64,000 nt of DNA, taken from contig JASGJH010000001.1 in the NCBI GenBank assembly GCA_047601445.1, forward strand, positions 6,272,001 through 6,336,000. The letters run 5' to 3'. The stretch's first letter is position 1; each line of letters begins with the position of its first letter. This stretch comes from Myxococcales bacterium. GTDB taxonomy: Bacteria > Myxococcota_A > Polyangia > Polyangiales > DASUME01. Both the position numbers and the translations under genes were made by a program. The notes under the pieces were generated by a model. That model did no database searches and was not told the DNA's origin. It worked only from the letters and a program-made list of their open reading frames with translations. Shown in pieces: positions 25,957-35,829 of this stretch.

Positions 25957-27549
25957 TCAGGGGGTGGAAGCGCGCAGCCGGATCGTCAGGCCCTCGGAGG
26001 CCAACGTCGGTGCCTGCGGGCTCCCCGCTACCAACAGGCTCAAGCGCCCCGCGTCCACGCCGCGTGCCAACAAGGCGGCCCCCACCGCCTGCACCCGGCC
26101 CTGGGCGAGCTCGAGCGACTCCGCCCACAGCGTGAGCTCGGCGCTCAAGCGCGGACGCGCCGCCAGCAAGGCCGCGACGTCGTCGAGCACCGCCTCCGAC
26201 CCTGCTGCGAGCTGCGCCCCCACGAACGTGAGCGGAGAGGCCAGGGCGATCTGGTCGCCCACGAAGCGCGCGTGGGCGCGGCAGCCCGCATGGGCCGGAG
26301 AGCCCGTCACGTCGGGGCAGGCGTCTGCGTCGTCATCGAGACCGTCGGAGTCGAGGTCACGCTCGGGGCAGCCATCCAGGTCGCGCGCGCCATTGAAGTT
26401 CTCGGGATCCTCTGGACAGCGATCGCTGGCGTCGGGAATGCCATCCGCGTCCGCGTCCGCGACGGGGCAGCCATGGACGGGCTCGCCGGGTTGCGAGGGA
26501 CAGTGGTCGAGTTCGTCGGGCACGCCATCTGCGTCGTTGTCTTGATCCGTGCAGCCGTCGGTGTCCTCGAAGCCATCCAGGTCCTCGCGTTGCTGGGGAC
26601 ACTCGTCGTCTGCGTCGGCCACCCAGTCGTGGTCCTGGTCGATCACCTTGGGGGCGGCCGGGGCCGGCGGAGGCGCGGGTCTCGGCTCGAGGCCGAGGCT
26701 GAACAGGGCCCGAAAGGCGGGCTCTCCCAGCGCGCTGCTCAGACCCGTGCCCAGGGCGAGGCCCGAGCGCATGCGTACGGCGCCGGTGTCGGCCGTGTAC
26801 CGTCCTCCGAGCAAGAGGTCGAGGGTATCGGCCGCGGATGGTCCCGCGCGGTCCCGCAGGCCCAGCGCTCCGAAGGCCTCTAGCAAGAGCTCGAGCCCGT
26901 GCCGAGCGGACACGCGCACGAGCGCACCCCACTCGAGCTCGTTGCCGATGCGGGCCGAGGCGTAATCGCGGGGCGGTCGGTACAAAAAGCCGCCGTTCAG
27001 GGTGAACGAGAGGGGGCCGTGCACGTACTCCGCCAGGCCCTGCACGCGCGGGGCAAGCGCCGAGTCCCCTGCCAGCTGCCCGCGGTTCCCGCTCGGCGTC
27101 ACGAGCTCCGCGCGGGTCCCGAGCATGAAGCCACGCGCCGAGAACAAGCGTCCCGTGGCTCCGAGCGCGATATCGGAAAGCGCGAGCCCGCCCGGCGCAT
27201 TGAAAGCCGTCTGCTGATACACGACGTCATGCCCCAACGAGAGCACCGTGAGCGGCACTCGCGCGTAGACCTCGAGCACCTCCCATAGACCCACGGCCAT
27301 GGTGATCTGGGCGCCCAACCGCTGCGCCACCACGGCTTGCTCGCCCGGGTTCCGCAACACCAGTGGGCGCAGCGTGTAGTTTCCCACGAACTGCGCCGAC
27401 CACACCCCGTGCTCGAGCACCCCGGGGCGCGTGACCGAGAAGCCGTCGCGACTGGTGGGGGCGCTGACCCAGCGCTCGAGTCGAAAGCCCTCCGCCGGGG
27501 CGTACTGCGCCGCGCCCACGCTGCACACGAGCGAGCAGACGAGCAGCAC
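25957..27549 (-). CDS. OmpA-family outer-membrane protein with TSP3-like Ca-binding repeats and a degenerate OmpA C-domain (true start possibly ATG 27592 via a +1 error)
   Basis: Beta-barrel-like N-part; DxDxDGxxDxxDxCP repeats; C-terminal LDDVAALL...L.ARGVDAGRL. Confidence 0.8.
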   Translation of the reverse strand: MLLVCSLVCSVGAAQYAPAEGFRLERWVSAPTSRDGFSVTRPGVLEHGVWSAQFVGNYTLRPLVLRNPGEQAVVAQRLGAQITMAVGLWEVLEVYARVPLTVLSLGHDVVYQQTAFNAPGGLALSDIALGATGRLFSARGFMLGTRAELVTPSGNRGQLAGDSALAPRVQGLAEYVHGPLSFTLNGGFLYRPPRDYASARIGNELEWGALVRVSARHGLELLLEAFGALGLRDRAGPSAADTLDLLLGGRYTADTGAVRMRSGLALGTGLSSALGEPAFRALFSLGLEPRPAPPPAPAAPKVIDQDHDWVADADDECPQQREDLDGFEDTDGCTDQDNDADGVPDELDHCPSQPGEPVHGCPVADADADGIPDASDRCPEDPENFNGARDLDGCPERDLDSDGLDDDADACPDVTGSPAHAGCRAHARFVGDQIALASPLTFVGAQLAAGSEAVLDDVAALLAARPRLSAELTLWAESLELAQGRVQAVGAALLARGVDAGRLSLLVAGSPQAPTLASEGLTIRLRASTP

Positions 27550-27610
27550 CCAGAGCCAGCTCGAGCGCGGGAGTAGACCTGGCGGAGATCATCCTGTGGG
27601 GGACAGGGTA

Positions 27611-28909
27611 CTACTTGGCGTGGCGATAGTGGGCCAGCACCGACGCAGAAGGATTCACCCGCACCACGCCCTGATCCGCGTCGACCAGCACCGTGTCGCC
27701 GTTGCGTACCCAGGCAAATAGCCCGGCCACCTCGGCCACGACGGGCAATCGCCCCGCCTTGGCCAGCGCGGCAGCCAAGGACTTCTCGTCCACGCTGCCG
27801 CCGACCACGATGCCCGACACGCCGCGCGCCACGGCCCACAACACCGTAAAGGCGCACAAGCGGTCGGCGACCACTGCCACGCTGCCCGGACCCGCGCCGC
27901 TGTCGCCCGCGGCATCTCCGGCCAGCCATAGGCAGAGCTCTTCGATCTCGCCGGCCCGTGCACTGAGCCAGGGGTCCACGCTGCCGTCGCCGCCCAGCAG
28001 GTAGGGAGCCGTGACGTACTCGCGCGCCACCTTGCGCAGGCCCGCGACGACGCCGAGCTCCACCGAGGCGTTCTGCATCAGCGAGAGCAGGCGTTGGTCT
28101 TGCAATGTGACCTGCAGGCCTGCCAGTGCGCGGCGGTTGTCCGGCGAGAGGTCAGCGTCCAGCCGCGCTCCCGTACGATGAATCTGCTCGTTTACCCGCG
28201 CGAGCGCGCTCTCGACGGCTTCGCGCGCCTTGGGACTCGGTCCCACCGGCTCCTGCAGTGCGCGGAAGGTCAGCGCGCTCTGGGCCTTGCCCACGGCGTG
28301 CCCGCGTCCCACGCGCAGACCCGTGAGTCGCGCCGAACGTCCTGGCTCCTGCTGATCGCCGCCGCCCGCGGGGCGGTGCAGGTTGCGGTCCAGGGCCAGC
28401 GTGAAGGGCGTAGCCAGCGCCGCGGCGAGCGCCACCTCGGCGGGCGTGAAATCGCCGTCGCGACGGCGCTGCAAGTTCAGCACGCCCACGGCCTTGCCGC
28501 CGATCACCAGCGGGATGGAAAGGAACGTGGGGAACGCTTCTTCGCCGAGGGACGGCACGTACTTGTAGTGGCTATCCTGCTCGGCAATGGCGGCCGAAAC
28601 GGGGCGCAGGCACTCGGCTGCGAAGCCGGTGATGCCCTCCCCGAGGTCGAGCTTGACGTTGCCCACCATCTCACTGGGAAAGCCTACGTTGGCGCGCATC
28701 ACGAAGGCGGTGCGGCCGTGCTCCACCTCGCGGACGTAGACGCTCACCACTTCCGCGTGAGCGATCGTCGCGACCTGCTCGCACATTCGCTGCAGCACCT
28801 CGGGCAACGGGGCGATTCGTGAGGATTCCTCGATCAGCGAGAGGATGCCGTCGATCCGGCGGTCCTCGCTGCCGTGCACTTGCATGCGGATGGGGCGCGT
28901 CGTGTCCAT
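27611..28909 (-). CDS. GAF + PTS enzyme I N-terminal/phosphocarrier-like protein (truncated PtsP-like, no catalytic His, no PEP-binding domain)
   Basis: GAF with LGEGITG and YKYVPSLGEE; EI-like helical region; GDTVLVDADQGVVRVNP; the TSH site reads KSL. Confidence 0.8.
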   Translation of the reverse strand: MDTTRPIRMQVHGSEDRRIDGILSLIEESSRIAPLPEVLQRMCEQVATIAHAEVVSVYVREVEHGRTAFVMRANVGFPSEMVGNVKLDLGEGITGFAAECLRPVSAAIAEQDSHYKYVPSLGEEAFPTFLSIPLVIGGKAVGVLNLQRRRDGDFTPAEVALAAALATPFTLALDRNLHRPAGGGDQQEPGRSARLTGLRVGRGHAVGKAQSALTFRALQEPVGPSPKAREAVESALARVNEQIHRTGARLDADLSPDNRRALAGLQVTLQDQRLLSLMQNASVELGVVAGLRKVAREYVTAPYLLGGDGSVDPWLSARAGEIEELCLWLAGDAAGDSGAGPGSVAVVADRLCAFTVLWAVARGVSGIVVGGSVDEKSLAAALAKAGRLPVVAEVAGLFAWVRNGDTVLVDADQGVVRVNPSASVLAHYRHAK

Positions 28910-29059
28910 GTCGCAGGACGCAGCGTAGCAGCTTCAGGAGCCGCGAGGGAGCGCCGAAGCGTGGCCGTTTTTCACAGGGGTTTCGGAGCGTAAGGCAGCA
29001 TGCACCCGGCGAATTATCCGAGTAGAAACGTGGGGCCTAGCACGCTAAGAACCGCGCAC

Positions 29060-30643
29060 GTGACGGCGCGTCAGCTCAGCTTCGACGAGATCGAGATCGA
29101 CCTAGGGATCGATGAACCGGAGGACGAGGCGCTGATCCGTAGCCGTGTCGCCCGGCGCCTCGGCGTCGATGAGCACCAGTTGCCACCCCTGGAGCTCAAG
29201 AAGCGGGCGATCGATGCGCGAAAAGGGCGGATCCGTTTCCATCTCACGCTGGCCCCCGTGGACAGCTCACCACTGCCCAAGGGTGCTCCCGAGCCACGCG
29301 AGGTCGACCGGAACGCACGCGTCCTGATCGTCGGCGACGGCCCGTGCGGCCTGTTCTGCGCCTACGAGTTGGCTCGCCATGGCATCGGCTCGGTGGTGCT
29401 CGACCGCGGCAAGCCGGTGCAGCCGCGCCGCCGTGATCTCAAGGGGCTCACGCAGCACGGCCGGGTAGACGAGAACAGCAACTACTGCTTCGGCGAGGGC
29501 GGTGCCGGCACGTATAGCGACGGCAAGCTCTACACGCGCTCCCACAAGCGCGGCGACGTCCGCGATGTGCTCGAGCTGCTCGCCGTTCACGGCGCACCCG
29601 AGCGCATCCTGGTCGACGCGCGCCCGCACATCGGCTCGAACAAGCTGCCCAAGGTGATCACCGCCATGCGCGAGCACCTGGAGCGCCTGGGCGTGAGCTT
29701 CTTGTTCGATGCCCGCGTCACCGGCATCCGCAAGAACGCGCGCGGTCACGTGCAAGGCGTGGTTTTGGCCGATGGGCGCGAGCTCGCCTGCGAAGCCCTG
29801 GTGCTGGCCACGGGGCACTCCGCCCGTGACGTCTACGAGATGCTCGACGACGCCGGCGTGCGGCTGATCGCCAAGGGCTTCGCACTCGGGGTCCGCATCG
29901 AGCACCCGCAGCCGCTCATCAACCGCATCCAGTACGGTCGCTTCGCCAACCATCCGCGCTTGCCCAACGCCGCCTACCGCATCGCCCACACCGAAGGCGA
30001 GCGCGGGGTGTTCTCGTTCTGCATGTGCCCGGGTGGTTTCATCGTGCCCGCTGCGACCGAAGTCGATGGCCTCGTGGTCAACGGCATGAGCCTGTCGCGT
30101 CGTGATTCGCCATTCGCCAACTCGGGGCTCGTGGTCTCGGTGGAACCGAGTGACCTGACGCCCTTCGGCTTCAAGGGACCGCTCGGGGGCATCGCGTTCC
30201 AGCGTGCTATCGAGCAAGCCGCCAAGCGCGCCGGGGGCGGCGACCTGCGCGCCCCCGCCAGCCGAGTCACGGATTTTCTGGCCAAGCGCGCCTCGAACAG
30301 CGCGCCCGCCACCAGCTACGAGCCGGGCTTGATGCCCTGCAACGTGGCCGACGTGCTCGACTCCACGGGGCTCCAGCTGTCCGCGCGCGTGCGGCAGGCG
30401 CTCGAGGTGTTCGGCAAGCAAATGCGCGGCTACGTGAGCGACGATGGCGTGCTCGTGGGGGTCGAGTCCCGCACCAGTTCGCCCGTGCGTGTGCCGCGTG
30501 ATCCCGACAGCTTCGAGTCGCCCGATCTGCTCGGGCTGTATCCGGCGGGTGAGGGCGCCGGTTACGCGGGCGGCATCGTGAGCGCTGCCATGGATGGCAT
30601 GCGTGTGGCACGTGCAATCGCCCAAGTGATGAGCACAACGTAG
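29060..30643 (+). CDS. NAD(P)/FAD-dependent oxidoreductase (uncharacterised FAD-dependent dehydrogenase family)
   Basis: IVGDGPCGL, FGEGGAGTYSDGKL, FCMCPGG, GEGAGYAGGIVSAA. Confidence 0.9.
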   Translation: MTARQLSFDEIEIDLGIDEPEDEALIRSRVARRLGVDEHQLPPLELKKRAIDARKGRIRFHLTLAPVDSSPLPKGAPEPREVDRNARVLIVGDGPCGLFCAYELARHGIGSVVLDRGKPVQPRRRDLKGLTQHGRVDENSNYCFGEGGAGTYSDGKLYTRSHKRGDVRDVLELLAVHGAPERILVDARPHIGSNKLPKVITAMREHLERLGVSFLFDARVTGIRKNARGHVQGVVLADGRELACEALVLATGHSARDVYEMLDDAGVRLIAKGFALGVRIEHPQPLINRIQYGRFANHPRLPNAAYRIAHTEGERGVFSFCMCPGGFIVPAATEVDGLVVNGMSLSRRDSPFANSGLVVSVEPSDLTPFGFKGPLGGIAFQRAIEQAAKRAGGGDLRAPASRVTDFLAKRASNSAPATSYEPGLMPCNVADVLDSTGLQLSARVRQALEVFGKQMRGYVSDDGVLVGVESRTSSPVRVPRDPDSFESPDLLGLYPAGEGAGYAGGIVSAAMDGMRVARAIAQVMSTT

Positions 30644-30658
30644 GGTCTCGGACTAGCT

Positions 30659-32122
30659 TTGAAGTACATGCAGCGTCTGCTCTACGAGAAGCAACTGCGT
30701 TTGCAGCGCATGGAGATTCGACTGGTCGAGGCGCTGTTTCAGCACCCGGGCACCGTCGATCGCCGCACCGAGCACGAGCTGCGCTACGCGCTCTCCTTTG
30801 CTCAACTCGGTACCTTCCAGCCTGGGGCAGCCGCTCAGGGGCGTCGCAACCACCGACCGGACGTGGAGCTGCGTGACGTCGAGCTCACGCGTTTCCGCAA
30901 CCTCGTGCTGGAGCACTTCTCGCCGCTGTTGTTGAGTCGTCGCAGCGCGCGCGATCGCCTGGAGAAGACGGTGAGCGCGCTCGGTCGCATTCGGCGCGCT
31001 TTGCACGAGGCGCGCAGCGCGGTGATCCGCAACCACGCCAACGAGTTCAGCGCCCAGGAGCTCGATCTCGAGGTCGGCAAGAAGACCTTGGTCAGTGTTG
31101 CGGGAGGTGGTGGCGGCGCCGGCTACGTCTACGTGGGCGCCTGGGACGTGCTCCAGCAGGCGGGCCTCACTCCGGGCTACGTCCTCGGCTCTTCCATCGG
31201 GGCCGTGCTCGGTCTGTTTCGTTGCCTGCGCAAGCAGGCCGACTGGGACGACTACATGGCCTTCGCCAAGCACCTCAAGTTCGAGGAGGTGCTGCGTGTG
31301 ATGAGCTTCCGCGCACGCTACGGGCTGCCCGGCATCTTCCGGTTGTTTCTGCACGGGGCCATCGGCTCGGTGTTCAAGCTCGACCGCCGCAACATGCGCC
31401 TCAACGACCTCGAGATCCCCTTCGAGTGCGTGGTGGGCGGCATCCGGCGCGGCGCACTCGGTGAAACCCCGGACGAATACGGGCGCTCTCATCACCTGCC
31501 CGAAGACCAAAAGCTGAGCCCCTTCGCGCTGCGCGCTCAAATCGCCTCCCAGCTCGTGCGTATGGTGGGCTTCTTCAATCCCATCCTGGTGCGCGAGATC
31601 GTGATCGGCGGCGACGCCCTCACGCGCGAGTTCGACTGCGTGGATGCAGCGGGCTTCTCGGCGGCGGTGCCAGGCGTGCTCCACTACGACGTTACCCGCG
31701 ACGACGCGCGCATGCACGGCATCCTCGGCCAGCTGCTCGCGCGCGAGGACGTGGTGGCATTGATCGACGGAGGCGTGGCCAACAACGTGCCCGCGAACAC
31801 CGCCTTCCGTCGGGTTCAGGAGGGCGTGGTGGGCACCCGCAACTGCTTCTACCTGTGCTTCGATTCGCTGCGGCCCCAGACGCGCATCAGCCATCTCTGG
31901 TTCTCACCGCTGGCGCAGATCGTGGCCCTGCAAGTGGCCCTCCATCAGCGCTACATGCACCGGCACATCCGCTTCAAACCCACCTTGTCGGTGATCAACG
32001 TGCTGCCCAACGTGTCCCAAATGGCGCAGGCGGTGCTCTGGGGACGCGAGCAAATGGCCGAGGAGCTGCCCTTCGTGCAGAAGTTTTTCGAGCCGGTGAT
32101 CTTCATGGGCGGGGCCGTCTAA
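30659..32122 (+). CDS. Patatin-like phospholipase family protein
   Basis: Gly-rich GGGGGAG, nucleophile GSSIG, DGG motif. Confidence 0.88.
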   Translation: MKYMQRLLYEKQLRLQRMEIRLVEALFQHPGTVDRRTEHELRYALSFAQLGTFQPGAAAQGRRNHRPDVELRDVELTRFRNLVLEHFSPLLLSRRSARDRLEKTVSALGRIRRALHEARSAVIRNHANEFSAQELDLEVGKKTLVSVAGGGGGAGYVYVGAWDVLQQAGLTPGYVLGSSIGAVLGLFRCLRKQADWDDYMAFAKHLKFEEVLRVMSFRARYGLPGIFRLFLHGAIGSVFKLDRRNMRLNDLEIPFECVVGGIRRGALGETPDEYGRSHHLPEDQKLSPFALRAQIASQLVRMVGFFNPILVREIVIGGDALTREFDCVDAAGFSAAVPGVLHYDVTRDDARMHGILGQLLAREDVVALIDGGVANNVPANTAFRRVQEGVVGTRNCFYLCFDSLRPQTRISHLWFSPLAQIVALQVALHQRYMHRHIRFKPTLSVINVLPNVSQMAQAVLWGREQMAEELPFVQKFFEPVIFMGGAV

Positions 32123-32170
32123 TGACGGTGCTATGGTCGGCCCCTCGTGCGGATCGTCGGCCTCAGGTTC

Positions 32171-32953
32171 ATGCGTGTGATCGCCGTGGCGCTCTTGGCC
32201 TACCTGGCGCTGGCGGGGGCCAACGCGATGGGCTTGCCGTGGCTCGGCTATGGCGTGGCGGGCGCGCTGTTCGTGGGATACGGCCTGTTGACGGTCTTCG
32301 AGAGCAAGAAGCGCTCGGCCTTTCTGCGCGAAGCGCGCTGGGAGCAGGCCATCTACGACGGCAAGGGCCGCGCGCGCGCCATCAGCGAGGTCAGCGCCGC
32401 ACGCAAGAAGCTCGACCCGAGCCGCGCCAAGACACGCGCTGAGTTCGCACGCCTCTCGGTGTTGCTTGCCGAGCTCCTCGACGCCGAGGGCGACTGGGGA
32501 GCGGCGCGCGAGACCATCGACGCGGTGCCCCTCGATGGCTTGTCGGCGCTCGAGGCCGGACTGGTGCGGCACACGCGCGCGGTGGTCCACCTGCGGGCCG
32601 GCGATCCGGTGGCCGCCCTGGGCGCTCTCGAAAGCCGCAAAGACACCGGCGACGTCGAGCTCGATCAACGTCTGGAGCTGCTCGAAGCCTACGCCCAGGT
32701 CGAAAACGGCGACGCCCGACCCGCCCTGCTGCGCGCCGAGGCCATCGCCCAGCGCGACAGCATCGACGACAGCGTGCGCACCGAGGCGCGCGTGGTGCGG
32801 GCCGCGGCACTCGACGTTCTGCAGCGACGGGAGGAGGCCCTGGTGGTGTTGGCCGCGCTCGGTCGGGACTCGCTCGTGCCCCTCTCGCAGCTCGGTCAGC
32901 CGCGCGTGCGCGCCCTCGCCAAGCAGATCCTCGAAGGACTCGAGGAGGAGTAG
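32171..32953 (+). CDS. Membrane-anchored helical (TPR-like) hypothetical protein
   Basis: Two N-terminal hydrophobic helices followed by Ala/Leu/Arg-rich helical repeats; typical codon usage. Confidence 0.65.
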   Translation: MRVIAVALLAYLALAGANAMGLPWLGYGVAGALFVGYGLLTVFESKKRSAFLREARWEQAIYDGKGRARAISEVSAARKKLDPSRAKTRAEFARLSVLLAELLDAEGDWGAARETIDAVPLDGLSALEAGLVRHTRAVVHLRAGDPVAALGALESRKDTGDVELDQRLELLEAYAQVENGDARPALLRAEAIAQRDSIDDSVRTEARVVRAAALDVLQRREEALVVLAALGRDSLVPLSQLGQPRVRALAKQILEGLEEE

Positions 32954-32972
32954 CGGGCTCACCCGCGACCGA

Positions 32973-35189
32973 TCAGGCCGGGAGCTCTTCGGAGACCTCG
33001 GTGGAACGGTTCGCGGCGGGTGCCGCCGAGGCTCCCGTGTGCGCCTCATCGGCGGACTTGCGGGGGCCCGCCACTGGAATCTTGAAGCGGAACGTACTGC
33101 CACGTCCGATCTCGCTCTCGACCCAGATCTCTCCGTCGTGTAGCTCCACCAACGACTTCGAGATCGATAGCCCCAAACCGGTGCCTCCGTAACGCCGGGT
33201 GTCCCCCTGGTCCACTTGCTCGAAGCTGCGGAAGATCCGCTCGCGGTGCTCCGGGGCCACGCCGATGCCCTGGTCCCTCACGGCGAACACCACGTGATCG
33301 CCCTCTGGCTCCGCGCTCACGCTCACTCGTCCGCGTCCGTTCGAGAACTTGATCGCGTTGCCGATCAGGTTGATCAGCACCTGGCGCAGCCGCAGCGCAT
33401 CTGCCGTGATGAAACCCGGACCCAGATACTCGGACAACTCGAGCTTCACGCCAGTCTTCTCCGCCAGATTGACCAGCGGCTCCACCGCGTCCTCGAGCAG
33501 CCGACCCACCTCTACCTGGTCCAGCGCGAGCATGAACTTGCCCGCCTCCAGCTTGCTCACGTCGAGGATGGTGCTCACCATCTGCAGCAGGTGCTTGCCC
33601 GAGCGCTCGATGTGGCCGAGGTGCTTCACCAGCTGATCGGGTGCCCCCACGAAGTGGTGACGCCTTTGCACGTTGAGGCTGCCCTCCTGTCGGCACTCGG
33701 GACATGCCGTGGCCGCGCTCACCTGCTCAGCCTCCTCGAGCGCGAAGGCAGTCTGACAGCGCGCGCAGGTGGCGATCTCGATCAGCGGGACGTCTTCGAT
33801 CAGCGCCAGCGGGATGTTGATGATGGCGTTGAGCGGCGTCCGCAGCTCATGGGACACGGTGGCCAGGAAATCGCCCTTGGCGCGCGTGGCCTCCTCGGCG
33901 CGGACCAAGGCCTCCTCCAGGCGCTGCACGTTGGCGCTCAAGCGGGCGTTCAGGGCCGCGAGATCGGCGCGCATCTCGTTGATGCGATCGGCCAGCGCCA
34001 GCGAGAGCAAGATCACCTCCAGCGACGCCCCCACCTGGATGCCCCAGGTCGTCACGAAGTGTGTGGGCAAGAGGCCGAGCGTCTTGGCGAAGTAGAGCAG
34101 CACGCCCAGAATCAGAGCGCTCCAGGCGAGCAAGTAGAGCTTGGCTCCGCGATGCCCTCCGCGCGCCATGCGATAGGTGAGGATCGGCGCGAGCATGGTC
34201 AACACGGCGCCCGTCACCACCAGCACGCGGATCGACCAGGCGTAGGGGCCCACCAGGCCGAACAGGGCGAGCAAGCCCGAGCCCCAGGCCGCCACCTTCA
34301 CGAAGCGCGACCAGCCCGGCATGGACTCGGGGATGTTCAGGTAGTTGGCTTGGAACAGCGCGGTCCAGGTGAACGAGAGCCCGATGGAGAAGGGCAGCAC
34401 GTGATTGGCGAGCCAGATTTGGTTGCCGAGCAGGTGCTGGAAGGTGTGGCCGTTGAGCGTGGCCTGAAAGATCAGCAGCGAGACGATGTAGAGCGCATAG
34501 AACAGATACTCGCGCTGCCGCACGAAGAAGAAGATGAAGGCGTTGTAGACGGCCATCACGAGCATCAGCCCGTAGAACATGAAAATGACCGAGAGCTCGC
34601 GATCCTGGTGCTCGAGGAAGGCCAGCGTGGACCATGCGACCAGCGGCAGATTCAAGGAGCCCGAGGTGCGCACCCGCAGGTAGTACGTGCGGTCCGCGTG
34701 GGCCGGCTCGCTGAGCGAGAAGACGAAGTTGCGGGTGTCGAGGTCGCGCTGCGAGAACGGCACGTGGTCGCCGGTGACCTTGCGCTGCCACTCGCCGTTG
34801 CCCAAGGGCACGAACAGCGTGACCTGGTCGAGATGCGGGTAGGCGAGCTCGAGCAGCCACGGCCGCTCGCTCTCGCCGCGGTTGACCACGCGCAAGCGCA
34901 CCCAGTACGCCGAGTTGGTGAAGCCGAAGCCGGGGGCAGTGTGGGGGGTCGTCTCGAAGCGCGGGTGCTTGGTCAGGAGCTGCTCGAGGCTCAGCGTGCC
35001 CGAGCTGTCTTCGTAGAGGCCCAGGCGCTCGCCGAGGGCCACGCCGTCGAGGGAGCGCGCCACATCGAGCTCGCTCGGCGGGGAGCTCGTGGAATCGAGC
35101 GGCGTCTGCGCGCGCACCCCCGAGCACAACGCGAGGCCCAGGCAGACCAGGCAAAGCACGTGGCGAAGAGCCAGGCGGGAAATCGCCAT
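32973..35189 (-). CDS. 7TM-DISM sensor histidine kinase with a CxxC...CxxC insert in the DHp domain
   Basis: GFTNSAYWVRL (DISMED2), 7 TMs, SHELRTPLN, NAIKF, DQGIG, GGTGLGL. Confidence 0.93.
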   Translation of the reverse strand: MAISRLALRHVLCLVCLGLALCSGVRAQTPLDSTSSPPSELDVARSLDGVALGERLGLYEDSSGTLSLEQLLTKHPRFETTPHTAPGFGFTNSAYWVRLRVVNRGESERPWLLELAYPHLDQVTLFVPLGNGEWQRKVTGDHVPFSQRDLDTRNFVFSLSEPAHADRTYYLRVRTSGSLNLPLVAWSTLAFLEHQDRELSVIFMFYGLMLVMAVYNAFIFFFVRQREYLFYALYIVSLLIFQATLNGHTFQHLLGNQIWLANHVLPFSIGLSFTWTALFQANYLNIPESMPGWSRFVKVAAWGSGLLALFGLVGPYAWSIRVLVVTGAVLTMLAPILTYRMARGGHRGAKLYLLAWSALILGVLLYFAKTLGLLPTHFVTTWGIQVGASLEVILLSLALADRINEMRADLAALNARLSANVQRLEEALVRAEEATRAKGDFLATVSHELRTPLNAIINIPLALIEDVPLIEIATCARCQTAFALEEAEQVSAATACPECRQEGSLNVQRRHHFVGAPDQLVKHLGHIERSGKHLLQMVSTILDVSKLEAGKFMLALDQVEVGRLLEDAVEPLVNLAEKTGVKLELSEYLGPGFITADALRLRQVLINLIGNAIKFSNGRGRVSVSAEPEGDHVVFAVRDQGIGVAPEHRERIFRSFEQVDQGDTRRYGGTGLGLSISKSLVELHDGEIWVESEIGRGSTFRFKIPVAGPRKSADEAHTGASAAPAANRSTEVSEELPA

Positions 35190-35194
35190 TACGC

Positions 35195-35683
35195 TCAGGT
35201 GCGGCGCTGTTGCATGCGGGCCAGGTGGAGCTGCGTGAGGGCCAGGCTCAGCGCCGCGAAGTCCACGGGCTTCGGGATCACGCGGTCACCGCCCGCGCGC
35301 GTCAGCATGGTGTCGGAGTACTTGGACACGTGGGCCGTCACGAAAATGATCGGCGTGGATGTCAGCACCGGTGCGCGCTTGGCGTACTCCGGAAGGCGCT
35401 CCTTGGGGCGCTTACCGCGCAGGATCTCGGTCAGCTCGACGCCGTTGAAGTCGGAGCCCGAGAGCGCAATGTCCATCAATATGGCCGAAAGGTCGGCCTT
35501 CCGCGCCGTGATCAGGTCGCAGGCCTCCTCGGCGGTGCGCGCGCGCAGGAGGTCGTAGGCGTGGCTCAAGCGCAGGTTGGCGATTTGCCAGTTGTCGTCG
35601 TCGTCTTCCACATAGAGCACGGTCTCCAGCTTCTGCCCGATCGGACGGAGACCCGACACCGACACCGAACTGAGCTTCTTCAT
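35195..35683 (-). CDS. Single-domain response regulator
   Basis: LYVEDD, ILMDI, VTAH and KP motifs; adjacent to the kinase. Confidence 0.9.
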   Translation of the reverse strand: MKKLSSVSVSGLRPIGQKLETVLYVEDDDDNWQIANLRLSHAYDLLRARTAEEACDLITARKADLSAILMDIALSGSDFNGVELTEILRGKRPKERLPEYAKRAPVLTSTPIIFVTAHVSKYSDTMLTRAGGDRVIPKPVDFAALSLALTQLHLARMQQRRT

Positions 35684-35829
35684 CGACCGCGATCCCTCGG
35701 CTGCGCCTGCAAAAGCACCCTGCGACTCGAAGGTCGCGTGACACGAACGTCTGATGCTAACACCGGCGCCACAGCCGTTGTCATCGGGTTCTCTTCTGGG
35801 TCACCCACTCTGTCAGGCCCATGCAGCGC

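Noticed and set aside
33216..35558. Long antisense ORFs (e.g. 780 aa here, 18482-20527, 42017-43600, 49608-51368, 12320-13395)
   Set aside because: Shadow ORFs of high-GC genes on the opposite strand, with no motifs
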